Source of the DNA: a virus
Length of the DNA: 64,000 nt
Direction: 5' to 3' (one strand)
IMG/VR virus record: IMGVR_UViG_3300021185_002806
The notes below the pieces were generated by a model, which was not told where the DNA came from, made no database searches, and was given only the letters and a program-made list of their open reading frames with translations. Of the stretch, positions 37,392-46,795 are shown piece after piece (position 1 is the first letter of the stretch; each line of letters starts with the position of its first letter). A program made the translations under genes and the position numbers.

Positions 37392-37530
37392 AATGGAAAA
37401 CCCACTCCGAAGAATGGGCTCCATTAAAATTTGTTTTGTGGAATGTCAGAATGTGTTACGCAGTGTCCGACACACTTATACCTTTTTTAAAATCCTATGC
37501 GTACTTAGTTATTAGTTTTGTTCTATAAAG
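37392..37530 (-). ncRNA. Candidate late small RNA with pseudoknot and C(UUCG)G hairpin
   Basis: Follows GATAAATA (37532-37539); no convincing ORF. Confidence 0.4.
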
Positions 37531-37542
37531 TTATTTATCTTC

Positions 37543-38474
37543 TTAGTGCAAACCGTTAGGAACGATTATATAGTGAATAGATAAAACTACACCAACACTT
37601 GCACCTAAGCCAATCATCATCTTTATGAAGTCTTTGGTCACAAGAGGGAAAACAGTTTTAAACTTTTCTTTACCAGTAATTGTTGCCATAGCAAGTTCAC
37701 GACCACAATTGGTATATCATTCAGTTCCTTGAAGAACCAAAGAATTAGAAAATATACACAATCAATTATTGTAGCACTTCTTACATAACGTGTATTATGT
37801 TTTTCAATTACGATGTTTTGTATTTTACCACCACCAGTATAAAATATATAACCTAAGCCAAATACAAATACTGCACTTACCATTACCATTAAATCAAATG
37901 GGATTTGTCTTGGTAAGAATACGGCAATGTTTGCCATATCATGTGATAACCAAGTGAACCATAAAAAGCCAGTTGTTATCCACTGACCTACTCGCCAATA
38001 CATTTTATGATTTTCAGCGACTGGTTTTGCTTCGTCAAGTATTTTAGTAACACCAATCCAGATTACATATGCCGCCACAGCCGCAACTGCATAACCCATC
38101 ATTGATTTGACTAGCATCTTCTCTAATATAAATGTACTAGCAAATGCACTTAACACTAAGAAACTTGTACTTACTGGTACACCTATTCTTGTTAATATCA
38201 ATAGTAAGCCTGGTGCGGCGGCATGATACCATTGAATCTCTTGAAATGGAATTTTGTTTAATCGTCCGTAACTAATATCTCCACCATTAGTTGTCCAACC
38301 ATACCACAAAGTATAAAGCAGTACCGCACTTGCGGCTCCCCACATTATCTTCCAATTAAATTTTTCGTTATTTGATGCAATCCAAGTACCAAGAGTTTGT
38401 ACTGAATCGTTTGCTATTACTGAATATGCGGCAAATAGAAAACCTATTGCCATCCATAGGGTGAGTGCATCCAT
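37543..38474 (-). pseudogene. Multi-TM membrane protein (PiT/PHO4-like ANDS motif), frameshifted near 37708
   Basis: IANDSVQTLG, PVSTSF, HDMAN; after ELNDIP the hydrophobic C-terminus CGRELAM...IVPNGLH continues in another frame to 37543. Confidence 0.65.
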
Positions 38475-38644
38475 TTTTTATCTCCTTCTGCTTAACGTCT
38501 TTACCACGTTGCTCACATAATTAGACCAGGCTCGATTGATGCCTGGTTGTAACCTTATTGTTACTTTCATATTTATGAATGTAACACAAAAAAGATATTA
38601 AATCAATACACTTTTTAATTGAGTTGTTGATAAGTTGGGGAAAT

Positions 38645-38709
38645 AAAAAAGAGACAGTCAGCAATATAAAATGAAAGTGAGTAAAATATGGTTTGCCAAC
38701 CGTCTCTTA
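38645..38709 (-). terminator. 16-bp hairpin with 28-nt loop plus U-tract
   Basis: AAGAGACGGUUGGCAA pairs with UUGCUGACUGUCUCUU. Confidence 0.5.
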
Positions 38710-38742
38710 ATTTTTGATTACTTGGTATTGTAATCAGAAAAT

Positions 38743-38959
38743 ATAAGCAAAGTAGGAGGGACTTGGTTACACCCCCAACCCCTCGACACAGATACCATTC
38801 TGAATCCAGGGAACCTAGTTCCGTTCGGTAGAACGATGTGACTCTTAGCCTCTCAGCTTTGAACCTGGGTACCACCCCTAACTAGTCAAGTTCGACCGTC
38901 TGGTAACAGCCTCTTCCTTGCACTACAATCATTGAGTCGCTAAACTCTCTGATGCTTAT
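38743..38959 (-). ncRNA. Large structured ncRNA, manA-motif-like
   Basis: GC-rich island; AUAAGCA/UGCUUAU terminal stem; GUGCAAGGAA...GGUGGUACC; dedicated promoter. Confidence 0.7.
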
Positions 38960-38965
38960 GTTATT

Positions 38966-38994
38966 AATATAGCATAATGATTCGGTATTGTCAA
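38966..38994 (-). promoter_or_regulatory. Sigma70-like promoter for the ncRNA
   Basis: TTGACA-N17-TATATT with extended TG; predicted +1 at 38959. Confidence 0.75.
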
Positions 38995-39002
38995 CAACTT
39001 TT

Positions 39003-39725
39003 TTAATTTTTTTTAATATAAATTAAATCAGCCCAATCTGTACGACCATTCATTGGGTTTTTACTAACATGTGCGATATCGAATAATTCAAAACCCAAGG
39101 GAATCAGGGTTTTTTCTATATCATAAAAACTACACTGCTTTTCATATAAGTCATAAAATGATAATTCAGTAAGAACGATTCGGGTATTCTTTAGTGTTTC
39201 AATTCCATTTTCTAATATCTCTGGTTCGGCTCCCTGAGCATCCATTTTAATCATATCTATGTAATCTATATTATTTTCACTTGTAAATTTATCTAACGTT
39301 ATAACTGGAAATTGTATAGTTTCAGATTCTAAGAAATTCTTATGGGCTTTCTCTGGTTTATTGATAGCAATACTATCCTTGCTGTCTGCATTTAATTTAT
39401 AAAATCCACTGAGCATAGGCTGGTGTTTATTAATATTAAAATCTTGCCAACCATTTGTTGAACCAATTGCTGTATTATATACATGAACGCCGGGTAATCT
39501 ACCTTTTGTTAAGTATAATTGTTGATATGCATCTGGTAAAGGCTCTATAGAATGTATTACTGCATGTTCCCATATAGTCTTTAACTTATCTACTGTTTGT
39601 CCTATATTTGCACCAATGTCTAATATTATGGGAGTATCAGTTCCAACTAAGTTTTGCAAAACTTTGTTTTTATCAAACTTAGAAAGATAATCTTTTGTTC
39701 GTTGATTACTATTTTTATACTTCAT
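39003..39725 (-). CDS. FkbM family methyltransferase
   Basis: LDIGANIG, IEP, TLD, KMDAQGAE. Confidence 0.9.
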   Translation of the reverse strand: MKYKNSNQRTKDYLSKFDKNKVLQNLVGTDTPIILDIGANIGQTVDKLKTIWEHAVIHSIEPLPDAYQQLYLTKGRLPGVHVYNTAIGSTNGWQDFNINKHQPMLSGFYKLNADSKDSIAINKPEKAHKNFLESETIQFPVITLDKFTSENNIDYIDMIKMDAQGAEPEILENGIETLKNTRIVLTELSFYDLYEKQCSFYDIEKTLIPLGFELFDIAHVSKNPMNGRTDWADLIYIKKN

Positions 39726-40279
39726 ACGATTACTGTCCTATCTCTCCAGGTTTCATCACAATAGTTTACAATAATACTTACTCTGTTGTTTAGCAAAGGC
39801 TTCAATCCATGTAGTTCTGTTCCAGTATTTGCAAAGAACCAACCAGAATTCTTTCTAGCAGGAGTATTTGTTTTCATGAAACTTGTACTTGTGTCTGTGT
39901 CTGATAGGTATATCTGTAAAGTAAATAGTTTTGCTTTATCATCAAAATGATTATGTAACCAACTTCCTTTTGCATCTTTGCATAGTTCGATTCGTGTGCC
40001 TAAATTTGTAAAGTCTTTTTCACAAATTTCACTAAACTTTTCTTTCATAAGTCTACTGTCAAAATATTCACAAACTTCTAGGAAAGACGAATGACTTGAC
40101 TGGTTCATCCAGTTTCTCTTGCCCGTCTTGTCTGTACGTTTGCCTTCCATTGGAATAAATGGCAAATCATTAGACTGTTTTAATACTGCATCCTCAAGAC
40201 CTAATTTGAATACATCTTCCACTACCCAAACAGGATAACCATAATCTTTTTTAGTTATTATCATAATACTAACTCCCAA
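39722..40279 (-). CDS. 2OG-Fe(II) oxygenase
   Basis: HFD...LQIYL...HG...RVSIIVNY. Confidence 0.78.
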   Translation of the reverse strand: MGVSIMIITKKDYGYPVWVVEDVFKLGLEDAVLKQSNDLPFIPMEGKRTDKTGKRNWMNQSSHSSFLEVCEYFDSRLMKEKFSEICEKDFTNLGTRIELCKDAKGSWLHNHFDDKAKLFTLQIYLSDTDTSTSFMKTNTPARKNSGWFFANTGTELHGLKPLLNNRVSIIVNYCDETWRDRTVIV

Positions 40280-41208
40280 AATCCATTATTATTTCTGAGT
40301 ACTGTGCTACCGTTTACTTTTACTTCATTGCCTACCTTTTCATAACAACGAGGTGGCATATAAGTAGTAGGTTTAGCTAAGTTTACTGTTATAGCGGCTC
40401 CCTGTACTTCTCTATATTTAGCCCTTGTATTTTTAGGAGATAATGTTCTAGTGACTGAGCGTGGACTAAAATCATCATTACCTGTATAGCCCAGTGATAA
40501 TTTTCTCCCTGTAACATCAAATTTATGTAAATGCATTTCATCAACCATTGGATAAAATGATTTTATATAACCATTTGAATAATCTGTTATGATTGCGTTT
40601 ACTTTGCCTTCATATACATTTGCTAATTGCATTCTTGTGTTACCAGGATGTAATTGCCATCTGCCACGTACTGTTAAATGACTAAAACATTCTTGTTGCA
40701 TTTGTTCTATATGGGCTTTCCATCTTGTTTTTGCAATGCCGGTATTAAATGTAGGTTCAAATTGAGTTATGGGTCTTGTAGGTTTCTGTTCCGCCACTAT
40801 ACCGGGCATATACCAATCAGGAAACCAAACTAAATTTAAAGGGTCATATATTTTTTGGCCATTTCTTAATTCTTCTAATATGTGATAAAACGCATTTGGT
40901 TTGGTTAACAAATCATCACGTGAATGTTCAGTGTTAAGCCAATCTTCATTGCTCCAAACTTTATTACTATTAGAAAATAATTCATCTATTACATGTACAA
41001 TACTGCCATGTATATTACGGCGAATGCCATCATCATCAAATCCAAAAAGATTTATCCATATATCTTTTATTGTGCCTCGATATATCCAGGTCTTTTGCCC
41101 TGACTCTGCATCTGCACGTTTAGTTACAGTTAGATAATGTTCGTATGAAGTTAGGTGTCTGTGGGACCAATTAGGTGCTTCTTTCCAAAGACTTTCGTTA
41201 TCAGTCAT
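40261..41208 (-). CDS. Hypothetical protein
   Basis: Long coupled ORF; HPGNTR motif weakly ParB-like. Confidence 0.6.
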   Translation of the reverse strand: MTDNESLWKEAPNWSHRHLTSYEHYLTVTKRADAESGQKTWIYRGTIKDIWINLFGFDDDGIRRNIHGSIVHVIDELFSNSNKVWSNEDWLNTEHSRDDLLTKPNAFYHILEELRNGQKIYDPLNLVWFPDWYMPGIVAEQKPTRPITQFEPTFNTGIAKTRWKAHIEQMQQECFSHLTVRGRWQLHPGNTRMQLANVYEGKVNAIITDYSNGYIKSFYPMVDEMHLHKFDVTGRKLSLGYTGNDDFSPRSVTRTLSPKNTRAKYREVQGAAITVNLAKPTTYMPPRCYEKVGNEVKVNGSTVLRNNNGFWELVL

Positions 41209-41539
41209 AATCGTCTAACAACTTTGTCTTATCTCCTGTATATCCCATTGCAGGGTTTAGTGAGTCTGCATCTGGAAGAGGGTCTTCTCTCTCTGTAATG
41301 ACAGGCCATTGCTGTGACCATTTCTCATTTATATCATACAACCGTTGCGTGAACAATGGCGATGTATCTGGAATGATTGCATCTGCTGGACACTCTGGTT
41401 CGCACACACCACAGTCAATGCATTCGTCTGGGTTAATTACTAACATATCTTCGCCAACGTAAAAACAATCTACTGGGCAAACTTCAACACAATCAGTATA
41501 TTTACATTTAATACAATTCTCGTTTACTACGTATGCCAT
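41201..41539 (-). CDS. fdxA: 7Fe-type ferredoxin
   Basis: [18 protein letters not shown]...[12 protein letters not shown]. Confidence 0.95.
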   Translation of the reverse strand: MAYVVNENCIKCKYTDCVEVCPVDCFYVGEDMLVINPDECIDCGVCEPECPADAIIPDTSPLFTQRLYDINEKWSQQWPVITEREDPLPDADSLNPAMGYTGDKTKLLDDYD

Positions 41540-41569
41540 ATATTTTCTTTATTAACCCCAAATTAAAAT

Positions 41570-41830
41570 ATGACTTTTCTGTTGCCAGGTAAGCCATCAA
41601 CCCCTACGTGCTTAAAACTAAGCCGCTAATGCCATTTCTGGCTCATAATTTGCGTTTGCAATTATAGTTTTTGACCAATAACGCAGTCATCCGGTAAACT
41701 CCACTTCACTTTCGCACCTGTCGATCCTAGTTCAGCCCCATCATAAAAACATTCAGTAAATGTGCTTATGGTGGAGCTGTGGGGTACTGCCCCCCAGTCC
41801 AGAATACGTCTACGTTGCTTCAACGTCTAC
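41570..41830 (-). ncRNA. ssrA: Circularly permuted two-piece tmRNA; tag (A)ANANYEPEMALAA
   Basis: Acceptor piece ...GGGGCAGUACCCCACAGCUCCACCA ends at 41769; 29-nt spacer; coding piece GGGGCUGAACUAGGAUCGAC starts at 41739; G3.U pair; tag ORF 41659-41618; outer ends approximate. Confidence 0.93.
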
Positions 41831-41835
41831 AATAT

Positions 41836-41866
41836 TATTTATACACGATAAACGTATATAAGTCAA
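41836..41866 (-). promoter_or_regulatory. Overlapping early and late promoter for tmRNA
   Basis: TTGACT-N17-TATAAA, whose -10 is part of TATAAATA. Confidence 0.6.
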
Positions 41867-41874
41867 TACATTAA

Positions 41875-42231
41875 TTAAAATGTAATTGATGTTCCGATTA
41901 CTGATTCAGTTCTTTCGAATGAATCGTTCAAATCATTTTTAAGATAAATTGTTACATTATCTTGTAGCGGGAATGAAAAGTTTAACATTTGCTTGTTCAA
42001 ATCTAAAAAATCTTTTCCATCAGCATCGATGTCCCATTTTGCACCGTAAGATGCAGTGATACCAAATAGTGGTTTTGCTACTGAAAACTCACCGTTTTGT
42101 GTATTTGCCTCAATCGCTCTTTCAAGTGATAGAGAAAACGTCATATCGTCTGATACAGACGTTCCTTCAGCCATCGCTGATGTTGTAAATAAGGCCGCAA
42201 CTAGCAGACCTGTTAGTGTTACTTTTTTCAT
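41875..42231 (-). CDS. Secreted outer-membrane beta-barrel-like protein
   Basis: Signal peptide (AMA), alternating beta strands, C-terminal Phe. Confidence 0.6.
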   Translation of the reverse strand: MKKVTLTGLLVAALFTTSAMAEGTSVSDDMTFSLSLERAIEANTQNGEFSVAKPLFGITASYGAKWDIDADGKDFLDLNKQMLNFSFPLQDNVTIYLKNDLNDSFERTESVIGTSITF

Positions 42232-42282
42232 AAGTAGTCCTCCTTAAAAAAAATGCTACCCAACTCGGGTAACATAAGTTGT

Positions 42283-42311
42283 ATTATAGCACAAGTAAAT
42301 TCCAGTGTCAA
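42283..42311 (-). promoter_or_regulatory. Consensus sigma70 promoter
   Basis: TTGACA-N17-TATAAT with extended TG. Confidence 0.8.
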
Positions 42312-42689
42312 CTACCCAAAGAAGAAAAAATGAAAATAACCATCATTTTTCAACCAAGTAATTAAGGCACTCATTATCCCGCAAGCCATAATGTACAAGA
42401 CAGTTTTCACTGTCCAATGTTGTCTTCCTGACCATCTTTTAACTTTGTTATCAGACCTACTTGCTTTATCCATAAGTTTGTCTTCAATGCTAAAAGGTGG
42501 AGTTTTTAAAAAAACAACAAAACTAAAAAACAGCATCCACCAATATTCATCCCAGTTTGTAACTACCATGAATGCAACCATTCCCAGTAAATACCAACCT
42601 ATTTGTTTTCGTAAATGCTCCCTAAAATATATGATTAGTCCCGAAGTAATGATTAAACTTACTGCAAGGTAAAATAAAAATAAATCCAT
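42312..42689 (-). CDS. Membrane protein
   Basis: Multiple TMs. Confidence 0.6.
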   Translation of the reverse strand: MDLFLFYLAVSLIITSGLIIYFREHLRKQIGWYLLGMVAFMVVTNWDEYWWMLFFSFVVFLKTPPFSIEDKLMDKASRSDNKVKRWSGRQHWTVKTVLYIMACGIMSALITWLKNDGYFHFFFFG

Positions 42690-42732
42690 AACTTCGCCTT
42701 TTTCTTTCCTGTTTATTTATCTATATCAGTTT

Positions 42733-42972
42733 CTATTCTTCTTTTTCTGATATATATCTTTTTTCCATTTCTTCTTTAATATCGACAACTTTTTCCTGAG
42801 TGATTATATTAATAATCGTTTCTGTTAGATTTTTTTCTCTACGTAGCCAATATAGTTTTTCTTCAATCTTTTTGAGTTCCTTTTCATAAAAGTGAATTTC
42901 ATCTTCTTTTCTTTTGCTCTGGTCTAAAAACTCAGACAAAAGTATTAATCTAGGTGGGACTGTATTTTCCAA
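42733..42972 (-). CDS. Hypothetical coiled-coil protein
   Basis: Coupled ORF. Confidence 0.6.
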   Translation of the reverse strand: MENTVPPRLILLSEFLDQSKRKEDEIHFYEKELKKIEEKLYWLRREKNLTETIINIITQEKVVDIKEEMEKRYISEKEE

Positions 42973-43162
42973 TTAATTCCTCATACGCTTTCTCAAATCC
43001 TTCTTCATATTCTTCTAAACATTGGGATTCGTTATTCCATAATCTTCTAAAATAGCTATCGTGCATAGCTATTATTTCTTTATCTTGCCATGTATGACAA
43101 CCTAAATGGCCTTTTACAAGCCAAAATCTTCGATATGCTTCTTTTCGAAAACTAGGTGTCAT
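42950..43162 (-). CDS. Hypothetical protein
   Basis: YRRFWLVKGHL...YFRRLWN. Confidence 0.6.
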   Translation of the reverse strand: MTPSFRKEAYRRFWLVKGHLGCHTWQDKEIIAMHDSYFRRLWNNESQCLEEYEEGFEKAYEELIGKYSPT

Positions 43163-43179
43163 ACAAGAAGTTCACAATC

Positions 43180-43341
43180 TTACTCTGATTTCCAGATTGT
43201 CCAAACACCCCAAGCTACAGCAATACCTGCCGCAATCTTGGCTAATGGTGCCATGAATAGAATCATTAATCCTAGTCCGATACATACTGCACCGTCCCAT
43301 GATGTTCTTTCTTTTGTTCTATCTTTTATCCATTTCATCAT
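43180..43341 (-). CDS. 53-aa 2-TM membrane protein
   Basis: Manual translation MMKWIKDRTKERTSWDG...WTIWKSE; AAGGAG RBS. Confidence 0.65.
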   Translation of the reverse strand: MMKWIKDRTKERTSWDGAVCIGLGLMILFMAPLAKIAAGIAVAWGVWTIWKSE

Positions 43342-43398
43342 ATTAATCTCCTTATTTTAAGAGTATTGACATAATACCCTATTGTATTTAGTTGATTT

Positions 43399-44328
43399 TT
43401 AGTTAGTTTTGTGCATTTCTGAGACCAATAACTGTCCCAATATTCTCTGAGCGGTAGCATTATAATGCGTACCGTCATGCCATGACATATGCTCTCTTAC
43501 TGCATACTTATCTTTGTTGTCGCCTACACCTGTAAAAAATGCATCTTTGTGTGTCTTACATACACTATGTAAGTAATCTGATATTGAGTATATGGACCTA
43601 TTATGTATTGCTTTTCCAAATACATCTTTACTAAGAGCATTAATGTGATTAATACTTAGGTAGTTAGCAAATGTAGGTTCATCTTCTATATTTTCCATCC
43701 ACTCTCTAAAGTCTGGTATAATATCTAAATTATGCCAATGTGTTGATCCTTGGCCTATTCTAAATTTGTTTTTTAGTTTATTAACTCTAATATCCATAGG
43801 ATCAAATGAATGAAATACTAAGTGTGGTAAGTTTCTATACTTCAATACTGAACTTAAATGCTTTCTAAATAGCCAGTTTTTGAATGTCATATTAATCTCA
43901 GTATTAATTTCTGTGTAAAAACTCTCTATTGCTTTTGGTGAAATATTATGTGGGTGCGATGCATTAAAAACTTCTAACGAATCAACATTAAGTCTCTTAT
44001 CGCCATAATCTTTTACTTTTTTAAAGAATATTTCTCTTTGTGGATCAGCTAAACTGAATAATATAAAAACATTCTCGCCTTTGTTTTTGTCTAACCAAGT
44101 ATTCATATTAAGTAATGCAAGTTCATTACTGCCTGCAGGTGTACCTAAGTTAACAACTTTTCTAAACTTTAAACGTTTACCAACATGTGAAGTATAAGAA
44201 AGTTCATTACATGCATTGCGCCAAACTTCTCTTTCTTCTGGACCACCTGTATAATCAGCAATAGTACCCTGACCAAATGTAAAACTACATCCTAAACTTA
44301 ATAATGTATAGTTAGAATAATCCATCAC
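43399..44328 (-). CDS. SGNH/GDSL-hydrolase-like protein
   Basis: GCSFTFG, NLGTPAGSN, DGTHYN. Confidence 0.65.
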   Translation of the reverse strand: MMDYSNYTLLSLGCSFTFGQGTIADYTGGPEEREVWRNACNELSYTSHVGKRLKFRKVVNLGTPAGSNELALLNMNTWLDKNKGENVFILFSLADPQREIFFKKVKDYGDKRLNVDSLEVFNASHPHNISPKAIESFYTEINTEINMTFKNWLFRKHLSSVLKYRNLPHLVFHSFDPMDIRVNKLKNKFRIGQGSTHWHNLDIIPDFREWMENIEDEPTFANYLSINHINALSKDVFGKAIHNRSIYSISDYLHSVCKTHKDAFFTGVGDNKDKYAVREHMSWHDGTHYNATAQRILGQLLVSEMHKTN

Positions 44329-44840
44329 TTGTCCTTGTTCTTTTTCTTAATTCTTTTTATTTTTTCTCTACGAACTGCCTGGGCTCTACTTAATTGGCTT
44401 GTCTTTGCTCTTTTATCAAATGTTATGCCCATCAAGTGGTCATGTTCATGTTGTATTGCTTGGGCCCATACGCCATTAAATAACTGTGTCTTTGTTTCAC
44501 CTTTTAGATTAGTGAATGTACAATGTACCTGATTGTATCGTTCTATTGTTAGTGCTAGATGTGGAAAACTTAAACAGCCTTCTTGGAATGATTCTAATTT
44601 TGCTTCTGTTGTTGGTGCCCATGTTGGGTTTATACAAACAACAAAACCAACATCTTTGTGTCCTATAACAAATAATTGTTCCATAACACCTAACTGTGGT
44701 GCCGCTAATCCTATACCATCGTGTTCTTGCATTTTTGCAATCATATCATATACTAGGCCTTCAGTCGCCGCATCTATTTCATGTTTAACACAAGTTTGTC
44801 TTAATCTTTTATCTGTTTCACTAATCAACTCAAGTTGCAT
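44325..44840 (-). CDS. def: Peptide deformylase
   Basis: GIGLAAPQLG, EGCLS, QHEHDHLMG. Confidence 0.96.
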   Translation of the reverse strand: MQLELISETDKRLRQTCVKHEIDAATEGLVYDMIAKMQEHDGIGLAAPQLGVMEQLFVIGHKDVGFVVCINPTWAPTTEAKLESFQEGCLSFPHLALTIERYNQVHCTFTNLKGETKTQLFNGVWAQAIQHEHDHLMGITFDKRAKTSQLSRAQAVRREKIKRIKKKNKDK

Positions 44841-45882
44841 GTATTTCCTCGCTGTTATCTAACCAATTATTTACATAAAAATCTACATTACCCAAATGAT
44901 AATCTTTAAATGCTTTTATTTCTGTTTCTCTATTTTTATCAAAGTATTCTCCTTTATCAAAAAATACAAATAGCTTACGTATCTCTGTTGGGTCATTATC
45001 ATAAAACATCTTTCTATAGCTTACTACATTATCAGCATGTTTGCATTCATCATCATTTGAAGGCAACATGTACGCTATAGTTTTTTGGTTATTTAAAATG
45101 GTTTCCCGCATATGTTTCAAATTTAATATATCTGTTACAAAACTACATACACTTTGTTCTGTATGTACAACGCATATATTAGCTATATCTGATAGTTTAT
45201 CACGTGTATTTATAGCCAAAGGCAGATAGTGTTCTATTGAATGAAGTGTTTCATCCTCTAATTTATGACATTCGAAAGCGATAGTATTGAATTCTTGTAT
45301 AAACTTATATACATTTTTCCACTGTGGTGTGTCAATAGGCTGTCTGTTAAGATGAGACTTTGGTAAGTCTTTTTGACTATTATAATATTCATTCATTGAG
45401 GCTTCTAAACTACTCAGCCAATAAATAGGTTCCCTATATAAAGGAGTGTACTTGTGCCATTGCAACTTTTCTAAAGAATGTATCATCGCATTGTTTAATA
45501 CTTTGTCAGTATGCACGTTATTAACTTTATCAAATCTAGCCAACAAATTATTTATGTACTTTATATCAGAATAAACGTTACTAGTATCAAATCTATTACA
45601 GATTTTCATAGCTTTTGGGAATGTATGTTCCATATAGCTATCGAAATTCTCTGGGTCATTTTCAGTGTAATTTGTTCCCCATATATTATCGCCTATATTT
45701 TCTATACCGAAATGTTCTCTTACCTTATCAGATATACTACTGCATTCTCTGTTCGAAAAGAATTCATGCATTTTATCAGGATTAACATGACCTGCTACAT
45801 TTAGTCCCAATCTCATACCTAGAAAGTTACTGCCCGCACCTGGTGCCACAATTAACAATTTTAGTTTATCAGATTTTAGCAT
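44830..45882 (-). CDS. Paralog 1 of tandem hypothetical family
   Basis: APGAGSNFL; C-terminal SYRKMF...IRKLFVFF...FKDYHLGN. Confidence 0.65.
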   Translation of the reverse strand: MLKSDKLKLLIVAPGAGSNFLGMRLGLNVAGHVNPDKMHEFFSNRECSSISDKVREHFGIENIGDNIWGTNYTENDPENFDSYMEHTFPKAMKICNRFDTSNVYSDIKYINNLLARFDKVNNVHTDKVLNNAMIHSLEKLQWHKYTPLYREPIYWLSSLEASMNEYYNSQKDLPKSHLNRQPIDTPQWKNVYKFIQEFNTIAFECHKLEDETLHSIEHYLPLAINTRDKLSDIANICVVHTEQSVCSFVTDILNLKHMRETILNNQKTIAYMLPSNDDECKHADNVVSYRKMFYDNDPTEIRKLFVFFDKGEYFDKNRETEIKAFKDYHLGNVDFYVNNWLDNSEEIHAT

Positions 45883-46795
45883 CTTCTAATAATCCTAAAT
45901 TAATTTCATGGTATGATTTAAACTTACTGGCTATGTAACTTGGTTTACTATCAAATACATGTTCATTTTCAAAAAACTTATATACTTCTCTAATCGCATC
46001 AGGTTTAATATCAATAAATATATCTCTAAAATCTATAGAGTCATCAGATAAGTTTACATTTGCATCATCACAAGACTTCATAAAATTTAAATCGTTAGTA
46101 TTGTTCATAGAATTTATCTCATTTACCAATGTCGCATCTTTAGAAATTGAAATAGCCAATGTTTTCATATCGATTCCAGCTGGCTTTACTAATTTAGTGA
46201 AATGGTGGGCCGGATGCACATAAGTAATATTCTTTACATCTATACCAGACTTCATCATAATTTGATATCTTAGTTTCATACAAAGGGTCAGCCATCTATC
46301 AATCTCTTCCTCAAATCCAAGTAATGGAATAAGATGGTAAGATACATCATATAGTCCTATTTCATCCCAAGATTTTTGCAATAGCAATTCACGTTTATCA
46401 CTGTTAAATTTATCTCGGTGCCTTTCAACAAATTCAGCAATATCAACTTTTTTACCTGATAAGAATGATTGAGAATGTCCCCATGCATTCGGATATTCGT
46501 GTCTTACTTTATCTATGTGCCATGTATCTGACCTATACCACCAATCGTAAGATGATTGCAAATTATAATTACACATTGGACAATTTTTACCGGGCAGTGA
46601 CTCAGCATATTTAATTTTTCTTTTAATAACATCATCATTAAAAATAAAAGGCGAAAGTTCTGTAGGAGTATTATATTGATTATTCTTGCCAATCGCATTC
46701 CTAAATAGTGTACCAGTTGGCTCACAATACAATGCCATATGTGATAAAAATTTATCTACATTTGATGGTATATATAACTCTTTTAAACTTCTCAT
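45869..46795 (-). CDS. Paralog 2 of tandem hypothetical family
   Basis: C-terminal DFRDIF...IREVYKFF...FKSYHEIN. Confidence 0.65.
   Translation of the reverse strand: MRSLKELYIPSNVDKFLSHMALYCEPTGTLFRNAIGKNNQYNTPTELSPFIFNDDVIKRKIKYAESLPGKNCPMCNYNLQSSYDWWYRSDTWHIDKVRHEYPNAWGHSQSFLSGKKVDIAEFVERHRDKFNSDKRELLLQKSWDEIGLYDVSYHLIPLLGFEEEIDRWLTLCMKLRYQIMMKSGIDVKNITYVHPAHHFTKLVKPAGIDMKTLAISISKDATLVNEINSMNNTNDLNFMKSCDDANVNLSDDSIDFRDIFIDIKPDAIREVYKFFENEHVFDSKPSYIASKFKSYHEINLGLLEDAKI

Noticed and set aside
38615-38875. 86-aa ORF on the - strand
   Set aside because: No RBS, GTG start, and it overlaps the structured RNA and hairpins; likely spurious
41769-41800. tRNA gene (T-arm plus CCA)
   Set aside because: No anticodon arm; explained as the acceptor piece of the permuted tmRNA
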